Assembly (NCBI GenBank): GCA_000004985.1
Contig: GG738871.1
DNA length: 64,000 nt
Strand: one strand, 5' to 3'
DNA from: Naegleria gruberi
Taxonomy: Eukaryota
A model generated the notes under the pieces. That model saw only the letters and a program-made list of their open reading frames with translations. It did not search any database and was not told the origin of the DNA. This document shows positions 18,620-29,868 of the stretch, in pieces (positions within the stretch are counted from its first letter, which is position 1; each line of letters opens with the position of its first letter). The translations under genes and the position numbers were made by a program.

Positions 18620-20839
18620 ATGCTCAATCATCTACCGGATGAAGTTCTTCATCTTATTGGTCAATTTATCATCAGTACAGACCAAGACCTTCTGGAATCC
18701 CTCTACGAAAGACAAATACAACCCTCTTCCTCAACTCTTGCACAATTTCCCTTCCGATCTATTGTCAAGCACTCTATCACAGCTTGCCATTACTACTTTT
18801 TTCTTCTCGGAATGTTGAACAAGGAGTTTCATCATCGAGTCAACAATAATCCATACTTTTGGAAGAGGAACTTATTCTATTTGGATCAATTAACTAGAGT
18901 TAATCAGATTGGACATTTCTCAGCAGACAATGATGAGGATTTATATGAGGAGGAATATGATGAAGAAACGGATGAAATTATTCAAGTATTGGTTAGGGAG
19001 AGAGAACCAGCTAGAGTTATTAATTATAAACAAATTAGAGAAATGATGGAGAAGTGTGAATTGAGCAGAGTGTTTTTAAAAGTGGAAAACAAATTGATTC
19101 AAACAATGGTGGATGAATTTTCAAATTCTTATCATGTTAGGGAGTTGATAATTGATTGTAGGAATGTGGATATGTTTTCAGTGTTTGATTTAATTGTTCA
19201 TCATTGTCCTTTCATTGTGAAGGTGAGAATTTTGGTGGAGACATTAAGAACTGATTGCGTTGTGAAACGAATTTATCAGCAAGACTCTTTAAAAGTTAAA
19301 TGTCCACTGAAACAATTGAGAATTATAAATCCACAAACGAATAATTTAACTGATTCTACTAGGAGAGTATTTGATCAGTTGATGGAAAATTATCTTCCCG
19401 AAATGAGTGATATTGAGGAAATTGCACTACCATTTTGGACACCATCCATACTCGATTCTATATCTTTGAATTGTAGACATGTGAAAAAGTTAATTCTATT
19501 AGGAGAGTTGGCTCCAGGTGAATACAACCAAAGTTTTGAGAATATTTGTAACAATATAGAGGCATTGGAATCTTTTATAATTTCCAAATCTGTAGTGAGG
19601 GGATTTTATGTGGATATTGGACAAGCTCATTTCATGAGAATTCTAACCAAATTTTCAAAAACCTTGAAAGAGTTTGTGATGGGAACCAATCTCTCAAGAT
19701 TTTCATCACCTCGTCCTGAAGAATCTGTTCAATTTGAAGAGGAATTGGCTGCAAACCTACCAACACAATTGGAAACACTCATCATTGAAAATATTCCAGA
19801 TCACTATTATAATTCCAGCACTCCTCTTGCATTTATTAACATTCTTACTAGTTTATTCAATAGGAATCAGACCAATAATTTTCAATTCCATTTCAAGAAT
19901 TTAATAATTGATTTGAATAATTTTCATTTGGATAATTTTAATTCCATCTCTATGAGACATGTTCAAAATTTATATTTGAGATTATCCAACAGTGAGGAAA
20001 TTTTTTTGTATTTATCAAAGAGAGAATATGCTTCAAACATTAAAACTCTGACACTGGATTTGTTTCTCTCCACTATAAGTGAAGCATCAAACATGTTGAG
20101 ACAACCATTCTTCTCTAATGTAGAAAATTTGATACTTGTTAATTATGGAAATTCCTTGACTGATTTGACACCCCTGTCTATTATTCCAAATATAAGGAGT
20201 TTGAAATTAATGTCATATTTAAATCAACCTTATGAATCACTCTACAGTGAAGATATACCTATGAGGAACACATTATCTAATCCAGGAACTTGTTTCATGT
20301 TCAACACTTCACCATCTTTGGAAGAGATTGGGGTATCAATTGATGAAGATTTGGATTTATTTGAGTTGGATATATTTACAAATATCAAATCCATGACAAT
20401 TGATTCACAGTACTTTTATTCAGATATTTTGAGAGTTTTGTCTCCTCTGACAAGAAAATTTTCCAAATTGGAAAGTTTTGATATTTCTATTCACTCTGAT
20501 TTGATAATTGATTGCACTGTTTCAGAAAAATTGAGAATTATGAAGAATATCAAGTATGCAAGTTTATCTATTGAAGGTGATGAAGATTGCAATAATGGAT
20601 TGGAATTGTTAATTTTATTTTATATTATCACATTTGGAGCATTTGTTTCGGATTTCAAATGTCACTCGTTGAAAGAACCTAGTGAGGATATTATTTCAAT
20701 ATTTGATGATATATTTTACAAATTCATCTCAGAGGACGATCATTCAATGCATGAAGAAATTAACCAATCTTTTACAAGACAAATAATTGAACGTTTGAAT
20801 TTTAGAAATTCATCTGATTCAATGGAGGAAGAAGAATAA
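18620..20839 (+). CDS. F-box-like protein with an LRR-like C-terminal region, 739 aa.
   Basis: The N-terminus 'MLNHLPDEVLHLIGQFIISTD' fits the F-box core (LP.E.L..I..). The rest is a leucine-rich region with irregular repeats. Confidence 0.5.
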   Translation: MLNHLPDEVLHLIGQFIISTDQDLLESLYERQIQPSSSTLAQFPFRSIVKHSITACHYYFFLLGMLNKEFHHRVNNNPYFWKRNLFYLDQLTRVNQIGHFSADNDEDLYEEEYDEETDEIIQVLVREREPARVINYKQIREMMEKCELSRVFLKVENKLIQTMVDEFSNSYHVRELIIDCRNVDMFSVFDLIVHHCPFIVKVRILVETLRTDCVVKRIYQQDSLKVKCPLKQLRIINPQTNNLTDSTRRVFDQLMENYLPEMSDIEEIALPFWTPSILDSISLNCRHVKKLILLGELAPGEYNQSFENICNNIEALESFIISKSVVRGFYVDIGQAHFMRILTKFSKTLKEFVMGTNLSRFSSPRPEESVQFEEELAANLPTQLETLIIENIPDHYYNSSTPLAFINILTSLFNRNQTNNFQFHFKNLIIDLNNFHLDNFNSISMRHVQNLYLRLSNSEEIFLYLSKREYASNIKTLTLDLFLSTISEASNMLRQPFFSNVENLILVNYGNSLTDLTPLSIIPNIRSLKLMSYLNQPYESLYSEDIPMRNTLSNPGTCFMFNTSPSLEEIGVSIDEDLDLFELDIFTNIKSMTIDSQYFYSDILRVLSPLTRKFSKLESFDISIHSDLIIDCTVSEKLRIMKNIKYASLSIEGDEDCNNGLELLILFYIITFGAFVSDFKCHSLKEPSEDIISIFDDIFYKFISEDDHSMHEEINQSFTRQIIERLNFRNSSDSMEEEE

Positions 20840-20894
20840 GACTGAACAATACAAAAAACATTAAGCAAGTGATGAGAAAAATTGTGATACATAT

Positions 20895-21992
20895 TTATCT
20901 AATATACACATCCAATTCTTGGATCTTCTCATTTGGTTTGAAGTCAAACTTGTTAAATATATTCTTATCATTACACAAGTTGGCTACTTCAGTGCTACCA
21001 CCTGGGAAGTTGGTACCAATCAAACAATAGTCATTTCCAACTAAATTACATCCAGCTGTTTCCTTGTGGAAGATTACTCTATTGGACAAATCATTAGTTA
21101 ATCCACTACAGACACCAACCTTACTAATAGTAAGAGAAGCAATATTGAAAGTTGCGTATTTACCCTTTCCGTTTGTTATCATGATTATAGAGCTAATTTC
21201 CTTCAATCCTACCCATCTTTCAATATTGACAGATTCTCCCTTAAAGCTCAATGGTAAAACTATATTTTCGCTATTGATCGGTTCAAATTTACTACTTCTA
21301 GAGGAGACTAAAGTCCAACCTCCTCTCAAAGTGGTCATATCACAATAGGCAATGAATCTATCTGTCTTGTTTTTGATCCAATACTTGCCTGATTTGAGGC
21401 CAGCAACAGTTGCATTGTACAATCTACAAGATCTCAAACCTTCTCCAACAGTGTAAGCTCCATCTACGACTCTCAATCCAATATCATATTCTCTTTCGGA
21501 AACTTCTCCTGTACTTGATTTTTCTTCATCATCACTATCTGTTTGACCTTCTGTATTAACAGTTGGTACAAATTGTGTATTGGATGGTGCTGAAGTTGTT
21601 GTAGAAGCAATCTTAATATTATTGGATGCTGAGGAAGCAGTCTTCATTGATGATGATACTTGACTCAAACCAGGTTCCTTCTTACATAAAACACTCAATG
21701 AATCAACTTGCATCTGCAATGTTTTATCCAATCTTTTATATTCCTTCAAGTTGGCTTCAAAATTCATAGTTTGTTCTCTCAATTCATCCTTCTTGTAGGA
21801 AAACGCTCCCGATCTTCCCATCTCATCAAAGGCTCTCATTAAGATGTTACTCTCCTCTGCGCTTCTCTTAACATCTGATAATTCTTGTTGTTTTTGTTGA
21901 AGGAGATCACAAGGAGTGAGTGCGATGGTCAAAAGAGTGTGAAGTACCAACACGATGGACAAAGCCAACAAGGCCCTATGCAGTGGTTTCAT
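20895..21992 (-). CDS. Type II membrane / signal-anchored coiled-coil protein with a C-terminal fibrinogen-related-domain (FReD)-like region.
   Basis: The N-terminus 'MKPLHRALLALSIVLVLHTLLTIALT' is hydrophobic and is followed by a coiled coil. The C-terminus 'CRLYNATVAGLKSGKYWIKNKTDRFIAYCDMTTLRGGWTLVSSRS' matches the FReD core 'C....G...SG.Y.I........VYCDM.T.GGGWTV'. Confidence 0.55.
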   Translation of the reverse strand: MKPLHRALLALSIVLVLHTLLTIALTPCDLLQQKQQELSDVKRSAEESNILMRAFDEMGRSGAFSYKKDELREQTMNFEANLKEYKRLDKTLQMQVDSLSVLCKKEPGLSQVSSSMKTASSASNNIKIASTTTSAPSNTQFVPTVNTEGQTDSDDEEKSSTGEVSEREYDIGLRVVDGAYTVGEGLRSCRLYNATVAGLKSGKYWIKNKTDRFIAYCDMTTLRGGWTLVSSRSSKFEPINSENIVLPLSFKGESVNIERWVGLKEISSIIMITNGKGKYATFNIASLTISKVGVCSGLTNDLSNRVIFHKETAGCNLVGNDYCLIGTNFPGGSTEVANLCNDKNIFNKFDFKPNEKIQELDVYIR

Positions 21993-22153
21993 TTTTTTCT
22001 TAGAGATGATATTAAAATAGGTGAGCAGTAATAGAATTCCTTTTAAAGATAAATCATTACTTAATATATTAAGGTCACGATTCGGTCAATTGTCCAAGGC
22101 AACCTTTTTATTTCGAATATCAACCATCTGACATTCTATTTTATAGCAAGTGT

Positions 22154-22408
22154 TTATTTGCAATTTTGAGGAAAAAGTCCCTTCTTTTTTTTATCACGAG
22201 GATATCTCATAATTCTGGAAGGACGAGGTTCAATGAAGGATCCAAGCACATGTATAATTTGAAGTTTTTTCAACAATTTACTGTTGGGGAGGGAAATACG
22301 TTGTTGATTAATTTCGAAATCTTCGTCATGAACAGCTTCATTTTCGAAAGACGAAACAAAAATAATAAAGATAAAGAGAAGGGAAAGGAAAGAGATTGTG
22401 ATTAGTTT
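22154..22408 (-). CDS. Small secreted hypothetical protein (signal peptide 'MKLITISFLSLLFIFIIFVSS').
   Basis: This 84-codon minus-strand ORF runs from an ATG to a stop and starts with a canonical signal peptide. It lies between two larger genes. Support is weak. Confidence 0.3.
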   Translation of the reverse strand, partial: KLITISFLSLLFIFIIFVSSFENEAVHDEDFEINQQRISLPNSKLLKKLQIIHVLGSFIEPRPSRIMRYPRDKKKKGLFPQNCK

Positions 22409-22449
22409 CATGAATCTAAACGGATTTTTTCTTTTCGTGTTGGTATCAT

Positions 22450-23760
22450 TTGGAGTGTGCATTGAGTCAAGACAAATTTGGACTCCAAAATAAGATTATT
22501 CCCTTAAATGTAAGTTTGAGCTTTACAATTTGGCTCTATATTGAGCTTTTCCACAACTTTGAATGTTCTGAACTGTTGGTCATTCTTTCCAATGCAATTT
22601 GCATATTCAAGATCCTCCAGCCAAACTCGTTTGTTGATACAGAATTATTGGAACAATTTTTGAATATGCAACGTGATGGAGTTGACGAAAAGTTTATTGA
22701 AATATATGATAGTAGTATGAACTGGTTTGTAAACTTTTTCAAAAAAAAAATGTCATCACTTGATAGCTCTTCCTCCCTTTCGGAAAGAAAATTGAACAAA
22801 CAAGAAGACTGCTCTAAAATTATTCTCTTTGATTTTGTGTGCAATAGTCAATCAAGTTTACATTCCGATAAAGCTCGAAATGATCATCACCAATTATTAT
22901 CACTCCTAAAGAAGAAGATTAGCACGCCTAAAGGCGTGAGCTTTCCACTCGCTACCTATTCATCAATTGATGCTGTTCAAAGTTTGCCAACTGATTTCTT
23001 TTCCTATGAAGTTAAAATTCTCTACAAGTACAATGCCATTCTTTTGGGTGGGAATAACAAGACATTCTATTTATTAGATATTGATACTAGAAAAGTGAAA
23101 CAGATTATTGCTGTGGAGGGATTGAGAGGGAATTGTTTTCATGTGGAGGAGTGTGCTATTGATGGACAGGATTATATTTATGTGACTAGTTGTAATTTAA
23201 TCAAATATAATTTGACCATGTTGATTCAGGGTAAATCATCTCACGAGTGCTTGGTGTGGAGGTCGGATTATCAATTACCTAATTCGTGGGGAGTGGCAAA
23301 TTTCAAGAATGATGTGTATGTGTGTGATTTTGAGAAGGGATTATTGAGATTTGAGAAGAGTAACGGCAAGTTCATTTCTTTAAATCGTGGAAATGGTATG
23401 TATGGTGTTGCCTTCACTCCAGAAGATGAAATGATATTGAGTCATGCAGATCATTTTGAGCAACGATTGGAAATTCATACTATGAATCAGAATGGAGAGT
23501 GGATTTTAAGAAATGTCAAGAAAAATTCAGAAACGAACATCTTTATGGATCCATATAGTATTTTCTATGAACCCATTACACAATACATTTATGTGAGCGA
23601 TTGTACAAATGGAAAGATTGTCGTTTTAGATAAATTATCACTCAATGTGGTGAAAAATATTGAGGGTTTGAGTATGAATTATGCAATTGGTGTAGATAAA
23701 AGGAATGGAAACTTGTATGTTTGTACTGGAAATGGTGGAACATTACATTGGATACATTAA
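22450..23760 (+). CDS. NHL-repeat / six-bladed beta-propeller protein. The 5' exon structure is uncertain.
   Basis: The C-terminal half has NHL-like blades ('VYVCDFEKGLLRFEK', 'IYVSDCTNGKIVVLD', 'LYVCTGNGGTLHWI'). The track start is TTG. A GTAAGT at ~22508 and an upstream ATG that encodes the signal-peptide-like 'MNLNGFFLFVLVSFGVCIES' (22411) suggest additional 5' exons that I could not phase. Confidence 0.5.
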   Translation: MECALSQDKFGLQNKIIPLNVSLSFTIWLYIELFHNFECSELLVILSNAICIFKILQPNSFVDTELLEQFLNMQRDGVDEKFIEIYDSSMNWFVNFFKKKMSSLDSSSSLSERKLNKQEDCSKIILFDFVCNSQSSLHSDKARNDHHQLLSLLKKKISTPKGVSFPLATYSSIDAVQSLPTDFFSYEVKILYKYNAILLGGNNKTFYLLDIDTRKVKQIIAVEGLRGNCFHVEECAIDGQDYIYVTSCNLIKYNLTMLIQGKSSHECLVWRSDYQLPNSWGVANFKNDVYVCDFEKGLLRFEKSNGKFISLNRGNGMYGVAFTPEDEMILSHADHFEQRLEIHTMNQNGEWILRNVKKNSETNIFMDPYSIFYEPITQYIYVSDCTNGKIVVLDKLSLNVVKNIEGLSMNYAIGVDKRNGNLYVCTGNGGTLHWIH

Positions 23761-24080
23761 TAGAAAGAAAACTGGACTGTCATAGAACTCGTTCAAATGT
23801 TAAATTATTACTTGTAATATCTTATATGATGTATAGTGTCAAGATGTGAGATTGTTGGATTAATACTATTGAACTATTTTCAGTGGTGGCAAGGCAGTTT
23901 GCAAGTTCCAAACGTGCTTTCCTTCTTAATAGAGTACAGCTAAGGACATTATAATGTATATAGTTGTTAAGGATGAAATAACATCATTCCATCCATCACA
24001 TTTTACAATACTGTCTTTCACATCCTGAATAAATACATCAATTTTTCATTCAAAATTAAAACAAAAAAAATTATTAATCA

Positions 24081-24632
24081 ATGAATTCAGAATCAACTTT
24101 AAGAATGTATGACAGCAATACAGGCACTTATCATTCACAACAAGAACCTTATTTAAAGAAGAAACCCAACTATCTTTATCAATATTTCAATTATTACTCA
24201 ACTAATATTATGCCACAACTAAAATTTGATGGTTCACATCTTTGCCATCCAAATAGATGTTGTAAATGTGCATTTGTTGAATATTTAAATTATGGTATGG
24301 GGAAGGCACAATTGTTATGGAATCCAATAAGAAAATTCCATCAATTATTATTCCATCTACCACTTTACCTTTTGCCATTTATAGGTCTGTTACAGACTTA
24401 TAAAATCCCAAACATTGGCAATGTAGAATTACTTGACAATAGGTTGTTTAAGGACATATTATTTCTCCATTTTGATAATAACTACCAGTTTTGGGAATTG
24501 AAAGTGGTTTTTTGTTGTTTAATCCTAATGCAAAAAATCATTCTTCAACCAAGCCACATTCTTCACATTACATCAATTCTGATTGAGGGTCCAAATAACT
24601 TTTCCAAATTCATAATATTTTCCCAAGAATAA
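24081..24632 (+). CDS. Hypothetical protein, 183 aa.
   Basis: The ORF runs from ATG to a stop with no in-frame stop for 183 codons in AT-rich DNA. No domain is recognised. Confidence 0.3.
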   Translation: MNSESTLRMYDSNTGTYHSQQEPYLKKKPNYLYQYFNYYSTNIMPQLKFDGSHLCHPNRCCKCAFVEYLNYGMGKAQLLWNPIRKFHQLLFHLPLYLLPFIGLLQTYKIPNIGNVELLDNRLFKDILFLHFDNNYQFWELKVVFCCLILMQKIILQPSHILHITSILIEGPNNFSKFIIFSQE

Positions 24633-24849
24633 TTATTCTTGTTCAAACTGACTTCGAAGTCCACAGTTAAATCAATGAATATCAATTCATGATCAACTCT
24701 ACCAAAGTTAATTACTTACATTAATTCCAAGGATTTTTGAAAAATAAAATTTGAATTTGATAATAATTTATTATATAGATTAGAATAACAAAATGGAAAT
24801 TAATTTAGAAGTAAACTTCTTTTATTTTGAAAGAGATTTTCATGACCTC

Positions 24850-25644
24850 TTACTTGGAATTTCTCCATTTATTTACATTCAAACCAACATTAAAAAGATT
24901 CAAAGCTAAACCTCTGTAAATTGGTGGAACGAGAAGAAAATTGAAAAATGTGGAGAATGGTTGGATTTTCAAGTTATTCATGTGATATTCCTTGTATTCT
25001 GAAGTGAGTCGTGACTTGATTGTTGTTGCCCATGCATTAATTCTTTCACCAATTGATTGATTGAGTAGTGACTTGTCAAATATGAAATCTAATGTTGTGG
25101 AACTAATGAAATAGACGCCTGTCATTAGAAGTGCATAGCTTGATTGTTCGATGAGTACTCGTTTGGCACTCCAGACCAAACGTTGTGGAGAAAATTTGGT
25201 CAACCATTGCAAGTTGATTGTATGTGGCGAGTATTGAACTATTGAGTTGGTAATTCCCCTTGTCAACCCATTATTTGATAAGAGAAGTTGATTATTTGTT
25301 GATTTTCTAAAGAATGGTGATGGAACCTTATCAATATGAATCTTTGGAAGTGGCAGTGAGTTGCCTTTGACATTTGGCACAATCTTATCCAAAGCTCTAA
25401 ACCAATAATGAAGAGTTGGTCCCAACACACATACTCCATATATAAAAGACTTTACAGAACGACTATAATCATGTTGATATTGACCCTTCTCTGTTGAATT
25501 ATTTTGCAAATAATTTGCATGTTGAATAAAAGCATCACTGACAGTATAACATGTGGCAGCTGTTAACCCCTTTGTTATGAGTGGTCTTTTAATGAGGTTT
25601 TGAGAATACAAAGACCATCCCTTACTAAACACATTGTGAAACAT
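24850..25644 (-). CDS. Mpv17/PMP22-family peroxisomal or mitochondrial inner-membrane protein.
   Basis: 'YSQNLIKRPLITKGLTAATCYTVSDAFIQ', 'FIYGVCVLGPTLHYWFRALDKIVP' and the C-terminal 'FNFLLVPPIYRGLALNLFNVGLNVNKW' match the Mpv17/PMP22 conserved blocks. The start is ATG at 25644. Confidence 0.7.
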   Translation of the reverse strand: MFHNVFSKGWSLYSQNLIKRPLITKGLTAATCYTVSDAFIQHANYLQNNSTEKGQYQHDYSRSVKSFIYGVCVLGPTLHYWFRALDKIVPNVKGNSLPLPKIHIDKVPSPFFRKSTNNQLLLSNNGLTRGITNSIVQYSPHTINLQWLTKFSPQRLVWSAKRVLIEQSSYALLMTGVYFISSTTLDFIFDKSLLNQSIGERINAWATTIKSRLTSEYKEYHMNNLKIQPFSTFFNFLLVPPIYRGLALNLFNVGLNVNKWRNSK

Positions 25645-26043
25645 TTAGTTTTCCAATTCGAATTTATCAGAATTAATCAAACTCTCAAAGTCAGCCCACT
25701 GAGTTGTTGTTTTCTTGTTTTTTTCTAGTTGAATTTGTGTCGAGTCTAGTGAAAGGAAATGGTATTTAAGAGAGTACGGAGAACGGACAAGGTACGTAAA
25801 TACGTTCTTGAATTTTACTTTCTGCGTGTCCATAGCTGCTTTTCACTGTTATGGCTTCCTATCCTTTTTTGAAAAATGCGAGGAAGTGGAATCTGCACAG
25901 TACTCAAGTGAGCGTATTATTAATAGAATGCGCCATCATTGAGGAAGTTTACGAATTGAGGAGGGTGTACAATTATGAAATGGTGATTGGAAATTTCTAA
26001 CATGTGTTTACGCCACTTATTGAAAGTCAACAGTCAAAGTGAA

Positions 26044-27360
26044 TTATTGTTTATTTGCTGATGATGATGGTGCAACACTACCCGATCTACAGTACGATCC
26101 AAAATTGAAAATGAGCATGAATGATAAAGCCAATAGATCAGCAACCTTGTTAGGTTTGCAGTCTGGATCACTGGTCATGATTAAAATTCGGGAAATGAGT
26201 GCAGAATATTCCATTGAGGCTCCCATTATGTTAAAATGAGTAGAATTGGTCTGAGTACTTCCATCTTGGAATGACAAATCAGATACTGGAACACACTTAA
26301 TTTCTTGCAAGTAGACAGAGAGGAGAGACATACAAAGTGATCCCATCATGGTCTTATCTTTGGCAGTCACCAATGAATGAATAAATTGGTGAGCTAGCTC
26401 CCTATCGTCCAATCTATCGAGAACATATCTTGTAAAACCTAACTTCTTCTCTAAATATTGGGCAATTATTGGTCTTCTCTTGCAATAGTCTTCATCTGAT
26501 TCGAATTGTTTTGGTTTGGTAGCCAAGGATTCAGAAGAAGAGGAAGAAGTAGCACCTCCTTGGCTAGTGGTTGGTGCAAACTGAGGAACACCCATCATTT
26601 GAGGATATGAATAGTAATCGTATGATTGAAATACAGGAGGTGCAAAGTAAACTGAAGGTGTATATGCTTGAGGAGTGCCACTAGTACTCTCTTCCTCTTG
26701 AAAATATGAATTCATATCTGGAGAAATATTCTCAGCCTTTCTCTTCTTATTCCTCTTCTTACTTGAATCAATGTCTACTGAGAGAGCAGAATCACTGGAA
26801 AGCCTTGTAGTTTGCTCCACTCTTTTTGGAGGCGAAGTTTTCACACTTTGAGAATTTGGTGAAGGCTTTTTGGTGGCTGCTGATGAGGAAGAAGCAGAAA
26901 CAGGTGTTGGAGGAGGTGATCTTCTTACTGGTTGCTTGCTTGTTTTGATTGGTTGTTGAGTTGTCTTTTCAATTGAACTATTACCATTATTCACTAATTG
27001 AATTAATGTTGATCCAGCACTGTTTGAACTAATTGTGGCTACTCTTGCATTATTTGTATTACTAGTATTATTGGTAGTAGCAGCAGTATTATGAGAACTA
27101 GTTATAGTACCATTTGATAGAGTAGTATTGGTGCAATTCTCCATTCCGCCACTTCCTTGAAGGAGGCTAGTGAATGATGTTGTAGATGAGGCAATAGTGG
27201 TAGAATTACTTGCACCACTACTTGAACTCGCATTGGATGATCGTTGAATAGTAGCATTGCTATTGGTGCTGTTTGGAGGATAAGTCAAAAGTTTAGTATA
27301 TTGTTTAGGCTTGGCATCATTTGAGCTGAGTGCTGTAGTTGTTGAAGGGAATGGAAGCAT
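26044..27360 (-). CDS. Ser/Thr/Asn-rich hypothetical protein with a structured C-terminal region.
   Basis: This is a long ORF. The track start is TTG and the first ATG is at 27360 ('MLPFPSTT'). The N-terminal 300 aa are low-complexity S/T/N. The C-terminus 'RRPIIAQYLEKKLGFTRYVLDRLDDRELAHQFIHSLV' is unassigned. Confidence 0.45.
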   Translation of the reverse strand: MLPFPSTTTALSSNDAKPKQYTKLLTYPPNSTNSNATIQRSSNASSSSGASNSTTIASSTTSFTSLLQGSGGMENCTNTTLSNGTITSSHNTAATTNNTSNTNNARVATISSNSAGSTLIQLVNNGNSSIEKTTQQPIKTSKQPVRRSPPPTPVSASSSSAATKKPSPNSQSVKTSPPKRVEQTTRLSSDSALSVDIDSSKKRNKKRKAENISPDMNSYFQEEESTSGTPQAYTPSVYFAPPVFQSYDYYSYPQMMGVPQFAPTTSQGGATSSSSSESLATKPKQFESDEDYCKRRPIIAQYLEKKLGFTRYVLDRLDDRELAHQFIHSLVTAKDKTMMGSLCMSLLSVYLQEIKCVPVSDLSFQDGSTQTNSTHFNIMGASMEYSALISRILIMTSDPDCKPNKVADLLALSFMLIFNFGSYCRSGSVAPSSSANKQ

Positions 27361-27622
27361 GTTGCTTTTTTTCAATTTGAAAAATTCAATAGTGTGAAAA
27401 GGCTAACTATATGAATGTCGTAGGCTGGTTGTTTCAAGGCTAAAGTTCAACAGTCTAGCCTTTGATAATCACATTTCACAAACAATCATTCAGTCTAAAA
27501 TAGTCCAAATTGGGAAGTATTGAATTAGATACAAGAATGAATAGGGAGATTTTCCAAATTGGTTGCAATGATGATGATGTTTCTTCTTCATACACTCAGT
27601 TTGTTCAGCTATTCGAAACAAA

Positions 27623-28228
27623 ATGGTAGAACATCCACAAGTAGTAGAATTCAGTTTTGATGGAATAAGATACCTCATCAAGGACCATGAGAAAGTCAAA
27701 AGCCTTTTCAATGAATACTTGAATGGAACCAACACTTCACAAACTCACAAACGCCAACTCGTCAAACAATTCACCACAGAAATTGTCAAGCATGCTTCAA
27801 GTGAGGAAAGATATCTCTATCCAATCCTTTTAGAAAAGATGGGAAATGAACAAGCCAAACTCTTGTACAATAAGAATTTGCTAGATGATTTGATTACAAA
27901 GGAAATGTTACGTTTCTTCGAGACGAGTGTAATTCGTAATGACTTTGATTGGCACGTGTTTGATAAGGCTGTTAGGAAATTCATCGAGATGGAACTTCAT
28001 CACATTGAAGAGGAGGAAAAGGATGTTTTTCCGATTATTAGACAATCACTTAATGAGGAAGAATTAGCAACACTAGAAGATGCAATTAAATGGGCAAAAG
28101 ATCACGGGCCAACTCACCCTCATCCGATGGAGAGTATGACAAATCCACAAGCTGCAATAACTCATCCAGTTACAGGACGTTTGGATCGCTTACGTGATGA
28201 GAGAGAACAAAATGCAATGAAGGATTAA
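27623..28228 (+). CDS. Hemerythrin-like (HHE cation-binding) domain protein.
   Basis: 'IKDHEKVKSLFNEY...', 'ERYLYPILLEKMG' and '...HHIEEEEKDVFPIIRQ' carry the paired H...E and H..xE motifs of the hemerythrin/HHE fold. The protein is 201 aa and starts at ATG 27623. Confidence 0.65.
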   Translation: MVEHPQVVEFSFDGIRYLIKDHEKVKSLFNEYLNGTNTSQTHKRQLVKQFTTEIVKHASSEERYLYPILLEKMGNEQAKLLYNKNLLDDLITKEMLRFFETSVIRNDFDWHVFDKAVRKFIEMELHHIEEEEKDVFPIIRQSLNEEELATLEDAIKWAKDHGPTHPHPMESMTNPQAAITHPVTGRLDRLRDEREQNAMKD

Positions 28229-28637
28229 ATCTGTACATTTTTTTATATTTTTTTCTAATTTTTCAATTCATCAAAAATCTCACACCAAAATCTTTCATTA
28301 AGCAAGTCGAAAACAAGAACCAACAACCTGAAGAAGAATAACATTTGAGTTGTCTTTATTGGAGTGATGATGCACTTTGGCAATGCTTGAAAATCGATTT
28401 TCATTAAACAGAATCCTCAATCAAAATCAATATATAATGTCTACTAATAAGTTTTTAAAAAGAGCACTTACGAACAAATATTTCATCCAACAAAACACAA
28501 GATAAAAACAATAACAACAACATTGCAAATTTTCTTCTTTACTAGACCGGAATATCATCCTCTCCTCTGTGACTACCTATAAGTGGTAGAAAAAGTAATC
28601 AACAAGAACGAGATCAAATTCTATTGCTGATTAAAAA

Positions 28638-29824
28638 ATGTATCAAAATGGCTCTAATCAACCCAGTCCAACAACCAACAATAATAATATGGGTTTTCGG
28701 CAGCCACGAAATATGAATAACACTAGCAGCAATAGCAATAATCAGTATATTGGTGATATACCATATGGAATGACGGAACAAATGATGATGATGCAACAAC
28801 AACAACAACAAAATAATCAATTACCTCCCTCACAACAACAACACTATTCACCGAGAAGTCCCTCATCTCCAATTCTCTATGTTCATCATTCACAACAAGT
28901 ACAATCACCACCACCACAACAGCAATTATATAATAATATGGCAATGCAACAAGGTTCATTCATGGGTAGTGGAGGAGGAATTGTATATAACCAACCTCAT
29001 CCATCACAACAACAAACTAATAATTACATTGATGATGGAAATTTATCGGCAACAGGAAGTGTTGGTTCAATGAGAATGGCTCCTAGTATAGGTATTCGTC
29101 CATCATCTAATACTTCATCTTATTATGCGGAATTGCAAATGGAATCACAAGCCCTTTCTCAACAATTTGAAAAACTCAAAGATCAACGAGTAAGTTTTTA
29201 ATAATAATAATAGGAAATTAAATTGAATATATTTAAATATTTAGAATCAAGTGAGAAATGAATTGGGACATTTGGAGGAATTAATTTTCAAATATCAAGA
29301 AAGAAAGAGCATGATGGAAGATAAGGAAAGGAGATTGGATAAACTACAACAAACAATACGACAGAAATGTAGGTTTTTGTTCATGATTTGAAATTATTCA
29401 TACAATTCATGATCTGGTAAATTTGAAAATTAATCAATGAATTCCGATATAATTTCATATTGTATTATCATATTATCATGATTGAAAAACAATTTTAGTG
29501 AAAGGTGTACAGGAAAAGATTTTCAAACTAGATGAGAAAACTAACAAGGGTGAAGAAATCAAGTACAAGGCTCAATTTAATGGAAAGATTAATAATAATA
29601 ATGGAAGAGGGGATGAAACAAATAATAATCAGGGATCATCCCCTGCAACAATACCCGAGGAGGAAATTACTAACAACTTGACTAACAATAATCAAATTTT
29701 GGAATCAATTACCATTTCAGATGTTCAATCTGAAGATGATAATGAATCACAAAATTTAGATGATATCATTAACGAGGATATAGACGATGATGCTTGGAGT
29801 ATACGAGTGGAGGAAGTGATTTGA
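28638..29824 (+). CDS. Q/N-rich coiled-coil protein with three exons (28638..29189, 29245..29368, 29499..29824).
   Basis: Exon 1 ends '...EKLKDQR' followed by GTAAGT. There is a 55-nt intron to ..TTTAG, then exon 2 'NQVRNELGHLEELIFKYQERKSMMEDKERRLDKLQQTIRQK'. A GTAGGT donor follows and a 130-nt intron leads to ..TTTTAG and exon 3 'LKGVQEKIFKLDEK...'. Phases are consistent (0, 1). The N-terminus has an M4Q6 tract. Confidence 0.5.
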
Positions 29825-29868
29825 CTAGTGTTTCTAGAGTTTCACTTCCAGCCAACATTTATCATCAA

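Noticed and set aside
28614-29073. Several overlapping small ORFs (28614..28820 -, 28723..28959 -, 28879..29073 +) rich in H/V/N
   Set aside because: They are frame-shifted or antisense readings of the Q/N-rich repeat region (CAA/CAACAA tracts) of the 28638 gene.
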